In this document: in pieces, positions 50,908-60,462 of the stretch
How positions within the stretch are numbered: the stretch's first letter is position 1
Layout of the letters: each line of letters starts with the position of its first letter
NCBI GenBank assembly: GCA_036554685.1
Contig: DATBMS010000031.1
Coordinates: forward strand, 949 to 64,948
DNA: 64,000 nt
Direction: 5' to 3'
Source of the DNA: Nitrososphaeraceae archaeon
GTDB lineage: Archaea; Thermoproteota; Nitrososphaeria; Nitrososphaerales; Nitrososphaeraceae
Position numbers and translations under genes: made by a program
The notes under the pieces: model-generated
Databases searched by the model: none
What the model saw: only the letters and a program-made list of their open reading frames with translations
Told to the model about the DNA's origin: nothing

Positions 50908-51475
50908 AATAGTTGAATGCAGTTACGGCTGTAATCTCTTTCCTTTTATCATTTCCTTATTGATTGAAGAAATATTTTCATATCAGCCTATAACGCATGG
51001 ATTCATCCTTAGATTTTATTGCAAAGGGTTATTCACTTTTTCTGAATCGTTCCCTTAAGTGTAATAAAATCAAAGAAATTGTTTAAAATAGGTACATACA
51101 TCCTATTTCTTGGTCAAACTATAAGTAAAAGGTTAGTCTTTCACAGAATTTTTAATAAATTAAATCCCAACAGTTACTTTAATAGAGAACTAAATCCTGT
51201 TTGGGTTGCTCCATTAGACTGAAGATTATTTCAATAAGATCGGCCAGTACTATTTGTCTGTCTGCCGTTAGTTATCTTATTGTTAATCACCGATCTTCCA
51301 CTTGCAGGTTCGACTAATCCAGGGTACGTGGTCGGTTTTACTTTCTTGGGTATGTCTGAAGATACAGTATTGGCTGTGGGTATCTTTATTGGAATAGTTC
51401 TCATTCCGATGGGAATATTCATAAAACTAAACGATCTCATGATTACAGTTCTATCTTAATGAAAATTAAAAATTC

Positions 51476-51507
51476 TTAATGAATAAATGGATTAATGAAT
51501 AAATGGA
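51476..51507. repeat. Perfect 16-bp tandem duplication
   Basis: TTAATGAATAAATGGA x2. Confidence 0.8.
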
Positions 51508-51728
51508 AATTGTCCCCAATGAAAATCATGAATATCATAGCAGGCCCGTCGGTACCCGCGACGGGATCGGTTCTAAATTAGGATTCTAGATTTAAAAAAG
51601 CTTTAATGTTTTCTTAACGGTAGAATCATAAATGACTCAATTTATATTCATTTTATATTAGATTCGCAGTTCATCTTAATCGTGGACCAATACTTGAATA
51701 TGAGACTTGACTAACACATGAGCACCAA

Positions 51729-51983
51729 CTAATTCGCTTTCCTAATTTTTTCCGCCAGAAGAGTTGTGCCGATCAAAAACCCGTCGCATTCGACTACTTG
51801 TTCTACGTACTTCATTAATTCGACATCGTCGAATACGGGACCATTCTTACGACGCAAGATGTAACGGGCATTGGCAGTTTCTATAAAGATGGCTTTCCGT
51901 TCGCTCTTGCTTGTCTCGCCGTACGATCCTCGTACAACACGACCGCGCACGGCAGTCACCCGACTTGGCCGTGCCGAACTCAT
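51729..51983 (-). CDS. Small basic beta-rich (OB-fold-like) partner protein of the C25 peptidase
   Basis: 84 aa from ATG 51983, 10 bp after the peptidase stop; GRVV..SKSERKAIFIET...YILRR..G..F.D. Confidence 0.75.
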   Translation of the reverse strand: MSSARPSRVTAVRGRVVRGSYGETSKSERKAIFIETANARYILRRKNGPVFDDVELMKYVEQVVECDGFLIGTTLLAEKIRKAN

Positions 51984-51993
51984 GACAATATGC

Positions 51994-53529
51994 CTAGCGT
52001 TGATGATAGATACGGTAACCAACTATGCGGCCGTTTAATTCTTTGGCCACGACAGCAATACCTCGCTTTATCTTTTCATCCTTCTTTCCTTTTGGTATCG
52101 TTATGGTCACAAGGTAACGTGACGGCACAGTTGTAATCTTTGTCATCCGATCTTTTACTGTGGATGGAACTTGTACAGCAAAAGCTATAAACTTCTGTTT
52201 ATTGCGAAGTCCCGCACGCTTAGTTATGTTGTTTAGCGCGGCTGTTGATTTCGATGACAGTTTATGTATTGGTATCCTTTTGGATGCGGTGGGCTTGGTC
52301 TTGGCTAGAAAATCTCCAGTCATCTTCAACTTCTGCCTGCGCTCAATTCGGGAGAACCGTTCTGCATCGGCTTCATTTACCCCCGTCGGTACAACTTTCC
52401 CGCTGGGCTGAGCGATGGGTTGCACGCTAGGATCACCAAGCAAACAAAACTGTGCGAGGGTCTTGAGATCAAATGCATCCATTTGTGCAGTATTTCCTAC
52501 GAATTGCTGACGAGCCATTAGCGCAGCACGACCTACAGAGGCGCCATTCAACACATTTTGAAGATAGTATTGGCAGATAAAATCCGCTGCTCCGTTGCTA
52601 TCTGCCGGACCGTAAGCTATAGTTGTGCTGCCAAAATATCCGTAGCTCCCTTGTTCTAGATAGCTTTGGCAGATAGGTCTGTCTATCGCCAATGTAATCG
52701 AATCGTAAAGCTCTGCACCATAGCAACATTCTACGGCTGCGACCGTGCCTTCGGGGATCTTGCCGCTGATCGATTTGGTAGTCAGTGATACAGGATAGCT
52801 GTTACCCGATTGGCCATAAAACTCGGGTGATGCTGGACCACCATGACAGTTGATGAAATGCATAGGAGGACGTAATTTGTTCTTCGGAAAGTTGGGACCT
52901 GACGGCGGTGCAAGAAGCAGGTTGTCATCACTTCCAAACAAGTTCTTGACACTTATCCGAGAAGAGCCTTGCCAAACCTTCGCAGAAAGACCTATATAGC
53001 TTTTGTAGTCGTCTAGTAACGCCATTTTGTAGTTTACTACTTTTTTTAGCAATGAGATGATATAAGACGGTTCAGTAGCGCTGAACAAATCTGGAAGCCT
53101 CCCCACTACTCGCGTTGGACCTACAAAGAGAGATGGATCTCTTGAATAGGGCGTATCACATGCGTATGGCAAATCACTCCAGACTTCTCTATCATCGTCC
53201 TTACCTGGAATATAAGCAGGGTTATCGAGATCTTGGTGTGGAACTACATCCGGGGCGCCCAAAATCATTATATAATGGGGATTGAATGATTTGAACACAG
53301 CATCGATTGCCTCTTTGTTCTCACGCGGGTCTGTTGCATTAGTCACAGCCTTGCCGCGAACCTTTTTCATACTTGATTTATCATCAAGATAAATAACATT
53401 GGTCTTAATTCCGCGTTCTTTATCTGATGCTGATAATTCAGTGAGCGCCTTACAGATCCTCGCGAGACCCTTGTCCTCATATTTCTTAATCAAGGCATTG
53501 CTATTGGTAACGATTATTTTGTCATCCAT
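51994..53529 (-). CDS. C25 (gingipain/caspase clan CD)-like cysteine peptidase, no signal peptide
   Basis: MILG..DVVP, SDLPY, VGRLP, FINCHG (His), VECCYG (Cys), GST.IAYG, F.LLGDPS. Confidence 0.82.
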   Translation of the reverse strand: MDDKIIVTNSNALIKKYEDKGLARICKALTELSASDKERGIKTNVIYLDDKSSMKKVRGKAVTNATDPRENKEAIDAVFKSFNPHYIMILGAPDVVPHQDLDNPAYIPGKDDDREVWSDLPYACDTPYSRDPSLFVGPTRVVGRLPDLFSATEPSYIISLLKKVVNYKMALLDDYKSYIGLSAKVWQGSSRISVKNLFGSDDNLLLAPPSGPNFPKNKLRPPMHFINCHGGPASPEFYGQSGNSYPVSLTTKSISGKIPEGTVAAVECCYGAELYDSITLAIDRPICQSYLEQGSYGYFGSTTIAYGPADSNGAADFICQYYLQNVLNGASVGRAALMARQQFVGNTAQMDAFDLKTLAQFCLLGDPSVQPIAQPSGKVVPTGVNEADAERFSRIERRQKLKMTGDFLAKTKPTASKRIPIHKLSSKSTAALNNITKRAGLRNKQKFIAFAVQVPSTVKDRMTKITTVPSRYLVTITIPKGKKDEKIKRGIAVVAKELNGRIVGYRIYHQR

Positions 53530-53776
53530 ACAAATCTTGGTACATAATAAATGATAACTTATGTAAAAGTTTTCTTCCTATGATTAAATTGTCCACAACC
53601 GGCACGGTAGTCAATCCAATACTTACGAATGTTATCTTCTAAAAATCAAGGCTTTAAAGCTAATATACTTATTTGCCAATTCATGCAATCGCATAAATCA
53701 ACTCTACGTAAGAACTAGTAATGCATGTATTGCTTAATCGCTGATTGTACACAAGTGTATTGCATTTCTGACGACA

Positions 53777-53965
53777 TCAATGATCAGTGTCTTTCTGACT
53801 TGTAATGGAAGCATCTGGGCAATTGTCTCGGAAGTCGGACACTCCGTCATTATCGTCATCATTATCCGGATCGCATATGTCTCCTATGCCGTCATGATCA
53901 GAATCTTTTTGATCTGAATTCGGAGCGAGTAAAGGATTGTCACTTACATCTAGTAGACAGAGCAT
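53777..53965 (-). pseudogene. Remnant of thrombospondin type-3 (Ca-binding) repeat protein
   Basis: [37 protein letters not shown], truncated by a stop mid-repeat; no signal or anchor. Confidence 0.65.
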
Positions 53966-54259
53966 AAATAGCGTCTATTGATTAAGAGCGATAGAGAATT
54001 TAGAAAGCCTTGATTATGCTTGATGGGTTGCGTTTTTTCAATACAGATTATGAATAATAGTGTTACTGAAATTGGTATATCATTAATCCAAAATAGCTTA
54101 GGCCCTCAATAAATGAACGAATAAAGAACTTGCCTGCCTTAGGTTCAAATAAAATTTATGAGAAGCGGTTGGGATACGAATGAATATTCAATTGAACTTA
54201 AATGGATTAAAGAAAAAAGTGCTAATAAGGGCTCAATGGCTAAGGGGTGAGTAATGAAT

Positions 54260-57115
54260 TTAAACTAATTCTACTATCTCGCCTGAGTCGTCATCCAAGA
54301 TAATCCCTGAATATTTAATATTGAATACCGATGTATTAGGCGTTGTCTCCACCTTTGCAGATATAATTTCCCATGTTCCAGTATTAGGTTCAGTTCGTAA
54401 ATACATTGGAAATTTCCTTATGTCAGTAGTGTCAATAAATGGATTTCTTGGATCGTTAATTGTGGAATCTTCAACATTACCACCAAATCCAAATACTAGC
54501 GACACAGTTTGATGCTTCAAGTGAAATGGATTTGCATCACTGTCGCCATCCTTTCTACATCTAAATTCTCTTCCGGCAATTCCAAGATAAACCCTATCAT
54601 CTTTGTTTATATCCTTCTCGCCTGTAGTAACAGTGAGATTTATCTGTGATATACCTTGTACAGGAAACATATTTCTCTGTCCTATGTTATTGTCATTTGG
54701 TACCAATCTCCAGTCAAGAATAGTCTCACCTGTTGTAAAGTTATCCATGTTGCTCGCATCATTATCGGCAGATACTACCATAATTACAGAATCATGACCA
54801 TGAGCATTTATTTCAGGTATCCAGTCAAACGGTCCTATTATTTTTTCTTCAGTATTATTAGCTGCAACAGTTCCAGCGGATAATTCAGCTATTGTGAGTG
54901 GTTGAATATCATCTGGTAGCAATAGACCAGCTCCAGGTCTACTATGATAACCGCGAACTCTAACGTTATTAGCGACCTCAGTACCTCGATTTTTTATTTT
55001 GACATAAATGTAATTAGTTGATCCAACAATAGGTTTTTCATGTACTGCTAATGTATCTGCTTTTCTCCTATTCCATATCGAAGTGTTATTCCAATGTATT
55101 GGTTGAAATTGATATTCTCCATTTCGACCGTCATCAATATAGACATCTACTGGAGGAGGCGCGCCTTCAGTAGTTACATTTGGAGGAGCAGGTGCACTAG
55201 GTGGTTGATATAGTCCCTGTTTCTCAAATGACCAACGGATCACTTTATTATAAGCACCGCCAAAAACTCCTTCTGTAGTCCAATTTAGAAGATCTACTGC
55301 CATTAATGCATTGGCAAAACCTAATGCATTGTCTGGATTTGTTGCTGGAGTAAGGGTACTAATTGCTCGTAGGATTAAATATGCCATCATTCTAGATGAA
55401 AATCTTTTTCTCTGTGCGTCAGTAGAATCACCACCAATAGAACGATATATTCTAAAAAGCGTAGTTGCAAGGATTTGTTCAGCTAAATAACCTGCCGGAT
55501 CTATAGAAGTAAATGGATTATCATTTGGACCTCCCCAAGCCCAGCCTGCAAGTACATCACGATCAAAACGACGAATAGGTCTCCATGGTGTATATAAAAA
55601 TCGATCGGGGGCTATTGAATCTGGGTCATTTACAACAGATGCAAGACTATCTCCCGCACTATGCGAAAAGCCAAAGTTTGCGGAATCTACATGTTCATAT
55701 AAAACGCCGTGCCCCCCAAGTTCGTGGTAGTGAACCCAAGGATCACATGCTCTGCCTACAGGATTTGTTGTATCCGTAAGGTCACCTAGACCATAACAAC
55801 AATGATCTATACCACCGGTTCCATTTCCAACACAATGTGCATTGATAGCATTACCTAGTCCTCTATGATCAACTTCTATTGGAAATGCAGTTCCATCAAA
55901 GTAAGAAGAAATAGGAAAGCCCAAACTTTCAACTAAAGCAAGGAATCGTTCAGTATGATAATAAGCACTTACAGCTGCGAAATCATTAGTTCTAACATCG
56001 TAATTGAAGTCGGCACCAGTGGGATTTGTTGGAGAAGCAATATTTGGAATTTCAACATTTGTAATATTTACATGAGCTCCACTTAGCGATTGTAAGTTAC
56101 CTACCGGTAAATTGAGATTATTTAATACTTCTGGTGATCTAAATGGATTCAATATTGCATTACTTTGATCTGGAGAATGTACCGCATTACCTGAAATAGA
56201 AATGGGATTATGTTTAAACACTTGTCCATTAACATTTGCTGCCAAAGCTCGCAAATAAAGTACAGACTTTGTTTCAAGTTCGACCAATGCAATCCAATTG
56301 ATTGCCCCATATTCTTCAGTTGTAAATGAAAAAGTGATTTCATCTACAACATAATATTTATCATGCTTTATCTTATTGTTTACTGGATAAAGTGGCAATA
56401 TTGGTATTTCTTGTCTTATATTTTCAAAATCTTGAGCTTCCTTATCTTTATTTACTTTTCCAGATGTGTCTATTTTTGGTAACTTTGGAAGTCTTTTATC
56501 TTTATCATATTTATAGACATAAAGGCGTCTTCTAATTAGATGTGCATTATTATTTATTCTTTTTTTGGCAGTTTTTTTTAACTTATCTTTATTTATTAGA
56601 CTGCTTATGAAGTTACTTGACACTGATTCCTTTTTCTTGTAAGAAAACGATTTTTTCTTGTCTCTTTGTTTTTTTTCATTACCTATATAAAATAACTTTT
56701 TATGACGTTGAATTATATTTGATGGCGGCAGTTTGGCAACAATCCCTTTTTGACTGTTATTCACTGCGTGAAGTATACGATATTTACTATCTTTGAGGGA
56801 TGGAGTATGTTTAACAGTTACGGTTATTCCTGCATGCCAAATTGGAAGATTAAGATATGTTTGAGAGAATTCCACTGTCGTAGAATCAAAAAATTGTTTT
56901 TGTTTAGAAAGTCTGTATTGTACATCTTGTTCTAATGGATGATCAAAGGAAACTTTTTCATCTACGTTATTTAATGTTTTTTCAGGAACCTTAAAAATAT
57001 TTACCACACTTTGTAAGTAATTGATAGCAGCATCAAGTGGATTTTGTGCATTGGATTTCCAATTTTCCTGAAAGTGATTAATGCCTCTAACGTTTTCATT
57101 TTCATCTATAGACAA
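54260..57115 (-). CDS. M36/thermolysin-like zinc metalloprotease with propeptide, CARDB-like and C-terminal beta-sandwich domains
   Basis: F.Q.Y..LPIW propeptide pattern, F.AVSAYYH, INAH, HELGGH, HSAGD; C-terminal IYVKIKNRG...A.NV.V..Y. Confidence 0.75.
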   Translation of the reverse strand: MSIDENENVRGINHFQENWKSNAQNPLDAAINYLQSVVNIFKVPEKTLNNVDEKVSFDHPLEQDVQYRLSKQKQFFDSTTVEFSQTYLNLPIWHAGITVTVKHTPSLKDSKYRILHAVNNSQKGIVAKLPPSNIIQRHKKLFYIGNEKKQRDKKKSFSYKKKESVSSNFISSLINKDKLKKTAKKRINNNAHLIRRRLYVYKYDKDKRLPKLPKIDTSGKVNKDKEAQDFENIRQEIPILPLYPVNNKIKHDKYYVVDEITFSFTTEEYGAINWIALVELETKSVLYLRALAANVNGQVFKHNPISISGNAVHSPDQSNAILNPFRSPEVLNNLNLPVGNLQSLSGAHVNITNVEIPNIASPTNPTGADFNYDVRTNDFAAVSAYYHTERFLALVESLGFPISSYFDGTAFPIEVDHRGLGNAINAHCVGNGTGGIDHCCYGLGDLTDTTNPVGRACDPWVHYHELGGHGVLYEHVDSANFGFSHSAGDSLASVVNDPDSIAPDRFLYTPWRPIRRFDRDVLAGWAWGGPNDNPFTSIDPAGYLAEQILATTLFRIYRSIGGDSTDAQRKRFSSRMMAYLILRAISTLTPATNPDNALGFANALMAVDLLNWTTEGVFGGAYNKVIRWSFEKQGLYQPPSAPAPPNVTTEGAPPPVDVYIDDGRNGEYQFQPIHWNNTSIWNRRKADTLAVHEKPIVGSTNYIYVKIKNRGTEVANNVRVRGYHSRPGAGLLLPDDIQPLTIAELSAGTVAANNTEEKIIGPFDWIPEINAHGHDSVIMVVSADNDASNMDNFTTGETILDWRLVPNDNNIGQRNMFPVQGISQINLTVTTGEKDINKDDRVYLGIAGREFRCRKDGDSDANPFHLKHQTVSLVFGFGGNVEDSTINDPRNPFIDTTDIRKFPMYLRTEPNTGTWEIISAKVETTPNTSVFNIKYSGIILDDDSGEIVELV

Positions 57116-57536
57116 TTTAGCTCTTAGATCAGAATTAAAAATTTCTTTTATTTCGCTAACACCTCTAAATCAATCTTGTTATCAATTTCTAGAAAGGGTA
57201 ACTTGCATAACATGCATCTTAATAAATGCAATATTATTTATGCCTTTTTAGTCCATTCTTGCAGATTCTAAAGCTTTAAACGAGCCGTCTTTATCTTTTG
57301 TATTTAACTCCATGGTAACGGTGAATCTTTGTTCATTAAACTCCTTCGCAAGAATCAGGAAAACAGATTTCTTACTTCGTTAGATAGCTACGCGACTCGT
57401 CAGGAACAAGTTCCGCAAACCTTGGAAATTTAAAATAATCAATGAAGTTAATAATCAGTTCTTACTTATTGCCACTTCTCTTTTTGATCCATTTCTTTAA
57501 CACCGTATGGATTTTTTTCTTTTCTTTCCTTTATCA

Positions 57537-57555
57537 ATTTTTCGGCGCCGAAAAA
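57537..57555. repeat. GC-core palindrome, copy 1
   Basis: ATTTTTCGGCGCCGAAAAA; perfect 18-bp inverted repeat at 57538-57555. Confidence 0.85.
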
Positions 57556-57973
57556 ATATACTTATTGAGTAACAGACTTCATAAGAGATTGTTGTACTCT
57601 ATATAATAAATTTCTTAAATACATGTGAATTTTATATCGAACACGGTTGGGACTAGTACTGCCTCACGTTTGATAGAATTATCTTTGGTTGAATCGATGG
57701 AAATCATAATTATCATAGGTAAATGTCTTAATATGCTACTATTAATCTTTGTTACCAAGCCTTTGTGGATTTTAAAGACATAAAATACTCTTCATACACG
57801 AAGTCGGACTGGTATCTAAAAATATTTCAAGTAAAAATTCAGTTTGATGAAAAACCATATAAACCCTAACTACAAATCCTAACCAAATGATATGCATTGA
57901 AATAGATGGTATTACAAGTATAAACCTAATTAAACGTAGATTTCGACTCCATGATAGGAGAGATAATTAAGAT

Positions 57974-59341
57974 ATGTCCAAAGAAAAAAAGACAACGGCA
58001 GATGATGGTGGAAAGAAAACAGTAGTTGATGAACAAAATCGGGTTCAAGTTATTGTTGAGCTTACTAAACCAAAAAGCAAAGCATTGAGTGCTATGTCCT
58101 TAGCAGAAAATTTGAGTCAACAAGGATTTGAATTGGATACTGAGTACGGAACTATCCCTATGACTCCAAGTAAGGATCTTGGCCCTAGCTTAAAATCAGA
58201 AGGGAAGGAGGTTGTTCTTATAAGAGGTAAGGTTGATAAAAACAAGATCAAGGAGCTTGAAGATCAACCTAACGTTATCAAGGTTTGGGAAGATACGGAG
58301 GGAATCCAACCATTTGATGATAAAGATAGCAATTTCGTTGAAATGACTCCAGTTGCTAAGGGGCCTTGTCCGATACCTCCATGTGATTGTAATCCTGGTA
58401 CTCCAAGGGGAACTATTAATGATGTAGTAGAATTTCTTGGAGTAGATGCGATTCATGCGGATGGAATCAAAGGACAAAATATTGTTGTTGCTGTTCATGA
58501 TGGGGGGATTACTGCAATAGGTAAAACTACGAATCCTTCAGATACGAGTAATCCTAGATGGCCAGGAAAGCTTATTCCAAATGTAGTCGATGGATCTAAT
58601 CCCGACTGGGGAACTACTGGTGTAGATTGGGGATGGCATGGAAACATGTGCGCGACTGATGTTCTCGGAATGGCACCAGAAGCAAAAATCTATGACCTTA
58701 GAATTAAATCTAATGTATTATCAAGTGCACTTGCAAATTTCCAATGGGCTATCGATAGGCATAAGGCAGATGGAACCCCTCACATTATTACCAATAGTTG
58801 GGGTTTTTTTCAAAAGGCTTGGGATCCTGATTACACTACCAATATAAATCATCCTGTTACTCGGAAAGTAATTGAAGCTATTGATGAGGGCATAATCGTT
58901 CTCTTTGCTGCAGGCAACTGTGGTGGCAATCCTTGTTCAGATAATCGATGCGGAAACGATACTGGTACAGGAAAGAGCATTTGGGGTCCAAATGGACATA
59001 ATCGAGTAATTACTGTTGCGGCGGTTAACAAGAATGAAGAGTACGTAGGTTATAGCAGTGTTGGCCCGGCAATCCTCGATCCAAAGAAACCAGACTTTGC
59101 CTCCGTTACACATTTCACGGGATTTTTCAATAGTGATAGTGGAACCTCAGCTGCAACCCCAATCGCAGCAGGTGTTACTGCACTTTTGAAACAGGCTTCT
59201 CCAGGACTTACACAAGATGGAGCTAAAGAGGTACTTATGGTGACTGCTAAAGATAAAGGTCCCTCCGGTTGGGACATTTTTCTAGGTGCAGGGATAATTC
59301 AGGCAAAGGTGGCATATAATCATCTGAAGTCTAACAGTTAG
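57974..59341 (+). CDS. Subtilisin-like S8 serine protease with N-terminal prodomain, no signal peptide
   Basis: Catalytic triad VAVHDGG / WHGNM / SGTSAATP, oxyanion FAAGN; GGAG upstream of the ATG. Confidence 0.92.
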   Translation: MSKEKKTTADDGGKKTVVDEQNRVQVIVELTKPKSKALSAMSLAENLSQQGFELDTEYGTIPMTPSKDLGPSLKSEGKEVVLIRGKVDKNKIKELEDQPNVIKVWEDTEGIQPFDDKDSNFVEMTPVAKGPCPIPPCDCNPGTPRGTINDVVEFLGVDAIHADGIKGQNIVVAVHDGGITAIGKTTNPSDTSNPRWPGKLIPNVVDGSNPDWGTTGVDWGWHGNMCATDVLGMAPEAKIYDLRIKSNVLSSALANFQWAIDRHKADGTPHIITNSWGFFQKAWDPDYTTNINHPVTRKVIEAIDEGIIVLFAAGNCGGNPCSDNRCGNDTGTGKSIWGPNGHNRVITVAAVNKNEEYVGYSSVGPAILDPKKPDFASVTHFTGFFNSDSGTSAATPIAAGVTALLKQASPGLTQDGAKEVLMVTAKDKGPSGWDIFLGAGIIQAKVAYNHLKSNS

Positions 59342-59857
59342 GTAACGAGCTGACCTACTCGAACCCTTATGGGAGACCGATCTCAATGCAGATGTGGACA
59401 CTTTTCTAATATTTGTAATATTCATAAATGGATTCAATTCTATTATAATCAGTCAGGACTTATGGAGTTTGAGATATCAACATGGCCTTCCAACCCTCAA
59501 TGATATTTTGGAGATTAGTTGGTCGATCACTTGATACAGGTTTAATGATATGATAACAAGCAAGACAGGAAAAAGAGGGTAAAGAATTTAAATTACGAAA
59601 CTTAGTGCTGAAAATATGAAAGAGACGCTGATCGACTACGAGATAGTTAGGAACTCGTCATTCTAGAATTTATTTGATGTCCCAACCAGTGATCAATGAT
59701 ATTATTTGTTCTCAAAGATTCCAAGGAGTGTGCAATTTTGTAGATGTGATATAATACATACTACGAACTCCTCGATAAGCCATTGCAATTTGGAATAAAT
59801 TTTTCATCAGTTGAACTAGCAGTAAAATCATTTATAGTAGGTTTGCCGCTTTCATAC

Positions 59858-60457
59858 ATGACTAAATATTTAATCAAAGGAAAAATTAATGACGATAATG
59901 GTGCACCAATTGCTGATTTACATTTACAGGCGATGGATAGCGACCAACAGTTGTTTGAAGATCATAATGATGATCTTTTAGGGTCATCAAGATCTATTTC
60001 AGATGGGTCATTTGAAATTCCCATTGATGAATCAACCTTTAAAGACAGTTGGTTGGAGAAAAACCCCGAAATCTATCTAATACTCCGAAACGAGCATGGT
60101 CAAGTTGTTCATAGGACAGAAACCATCAAGGTCAAATCGGATGAAAATGTAAATGGAATTATCACTATTCCAGCTAATATTACCATAAACCAGAAACAGC
60201 AGCAAATAAATCTACCCAATACAAGCCTTTATTGGAATAATCAAAGAATTCTATCGGCCTTTTCCTCCATAGGAGATACCACCACCCTGAACAATAGCGA
60301 ATTTCAAAGGAATTTTAGACTGTTAATTAGTTCAATTAATGCGTGGTTAACCTATACTAACGACGTCATTTGGAAAAAAATTGGATATGATGGACCTCAG
60401 GTTCCTCGTTATCCTTGGAGGGTACCGGACCATCGTCACAAACTCGCTTGGGAGTAA
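59858..60457 (+). CDS. Transthyretin/carboxypeptidase-regulatory-like domain protein
   Basis: IKG.I.D.NG.PI..L...AMDSD..F..DDLLG....DGSFEI...NPEIY; likely start ATG 59858. Confidence 0.7.
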   Translation: MTKYLIKGKINDDNGAPIADLHLQAMDSDQQLFEDHNDDLLGSSRSISDGSFEIPIDESTFKDSWLEKNPEIYLILRNEHGQVVHRTETIKVKSDENVNGIITIPANITINQKQQQINLPNTSLYWNNQRILSAFSSIGDTTTLNNSEFQRNFRLLISSINAWLTYTNDVIWKKIGYDGPQVPRYPWRVPDHRHKLAWE

Positions 60458-60462
60458 AAAAA

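Noticed and set aside
51231-51459. 69-aa minus-strand ORF and a hydrophobic plus-strand open frame
   Set aside because: No motif; the plus frame lacks a convincing start. At best a decayed membrane-protein fragment.
57200-57450. Short coding-like frames upstream of the metalloprotease (also at 59560-59740 and 63400-63600)
   Set aside because: Interrupted by stops and no recognisable family; cannot be supported without homology search.
49995-59375. CCCATAAGGGT near 49995 and its reverse complement near 59363
   Set aside because: Only 11 bp and no flanking similarity; compatible with chance.
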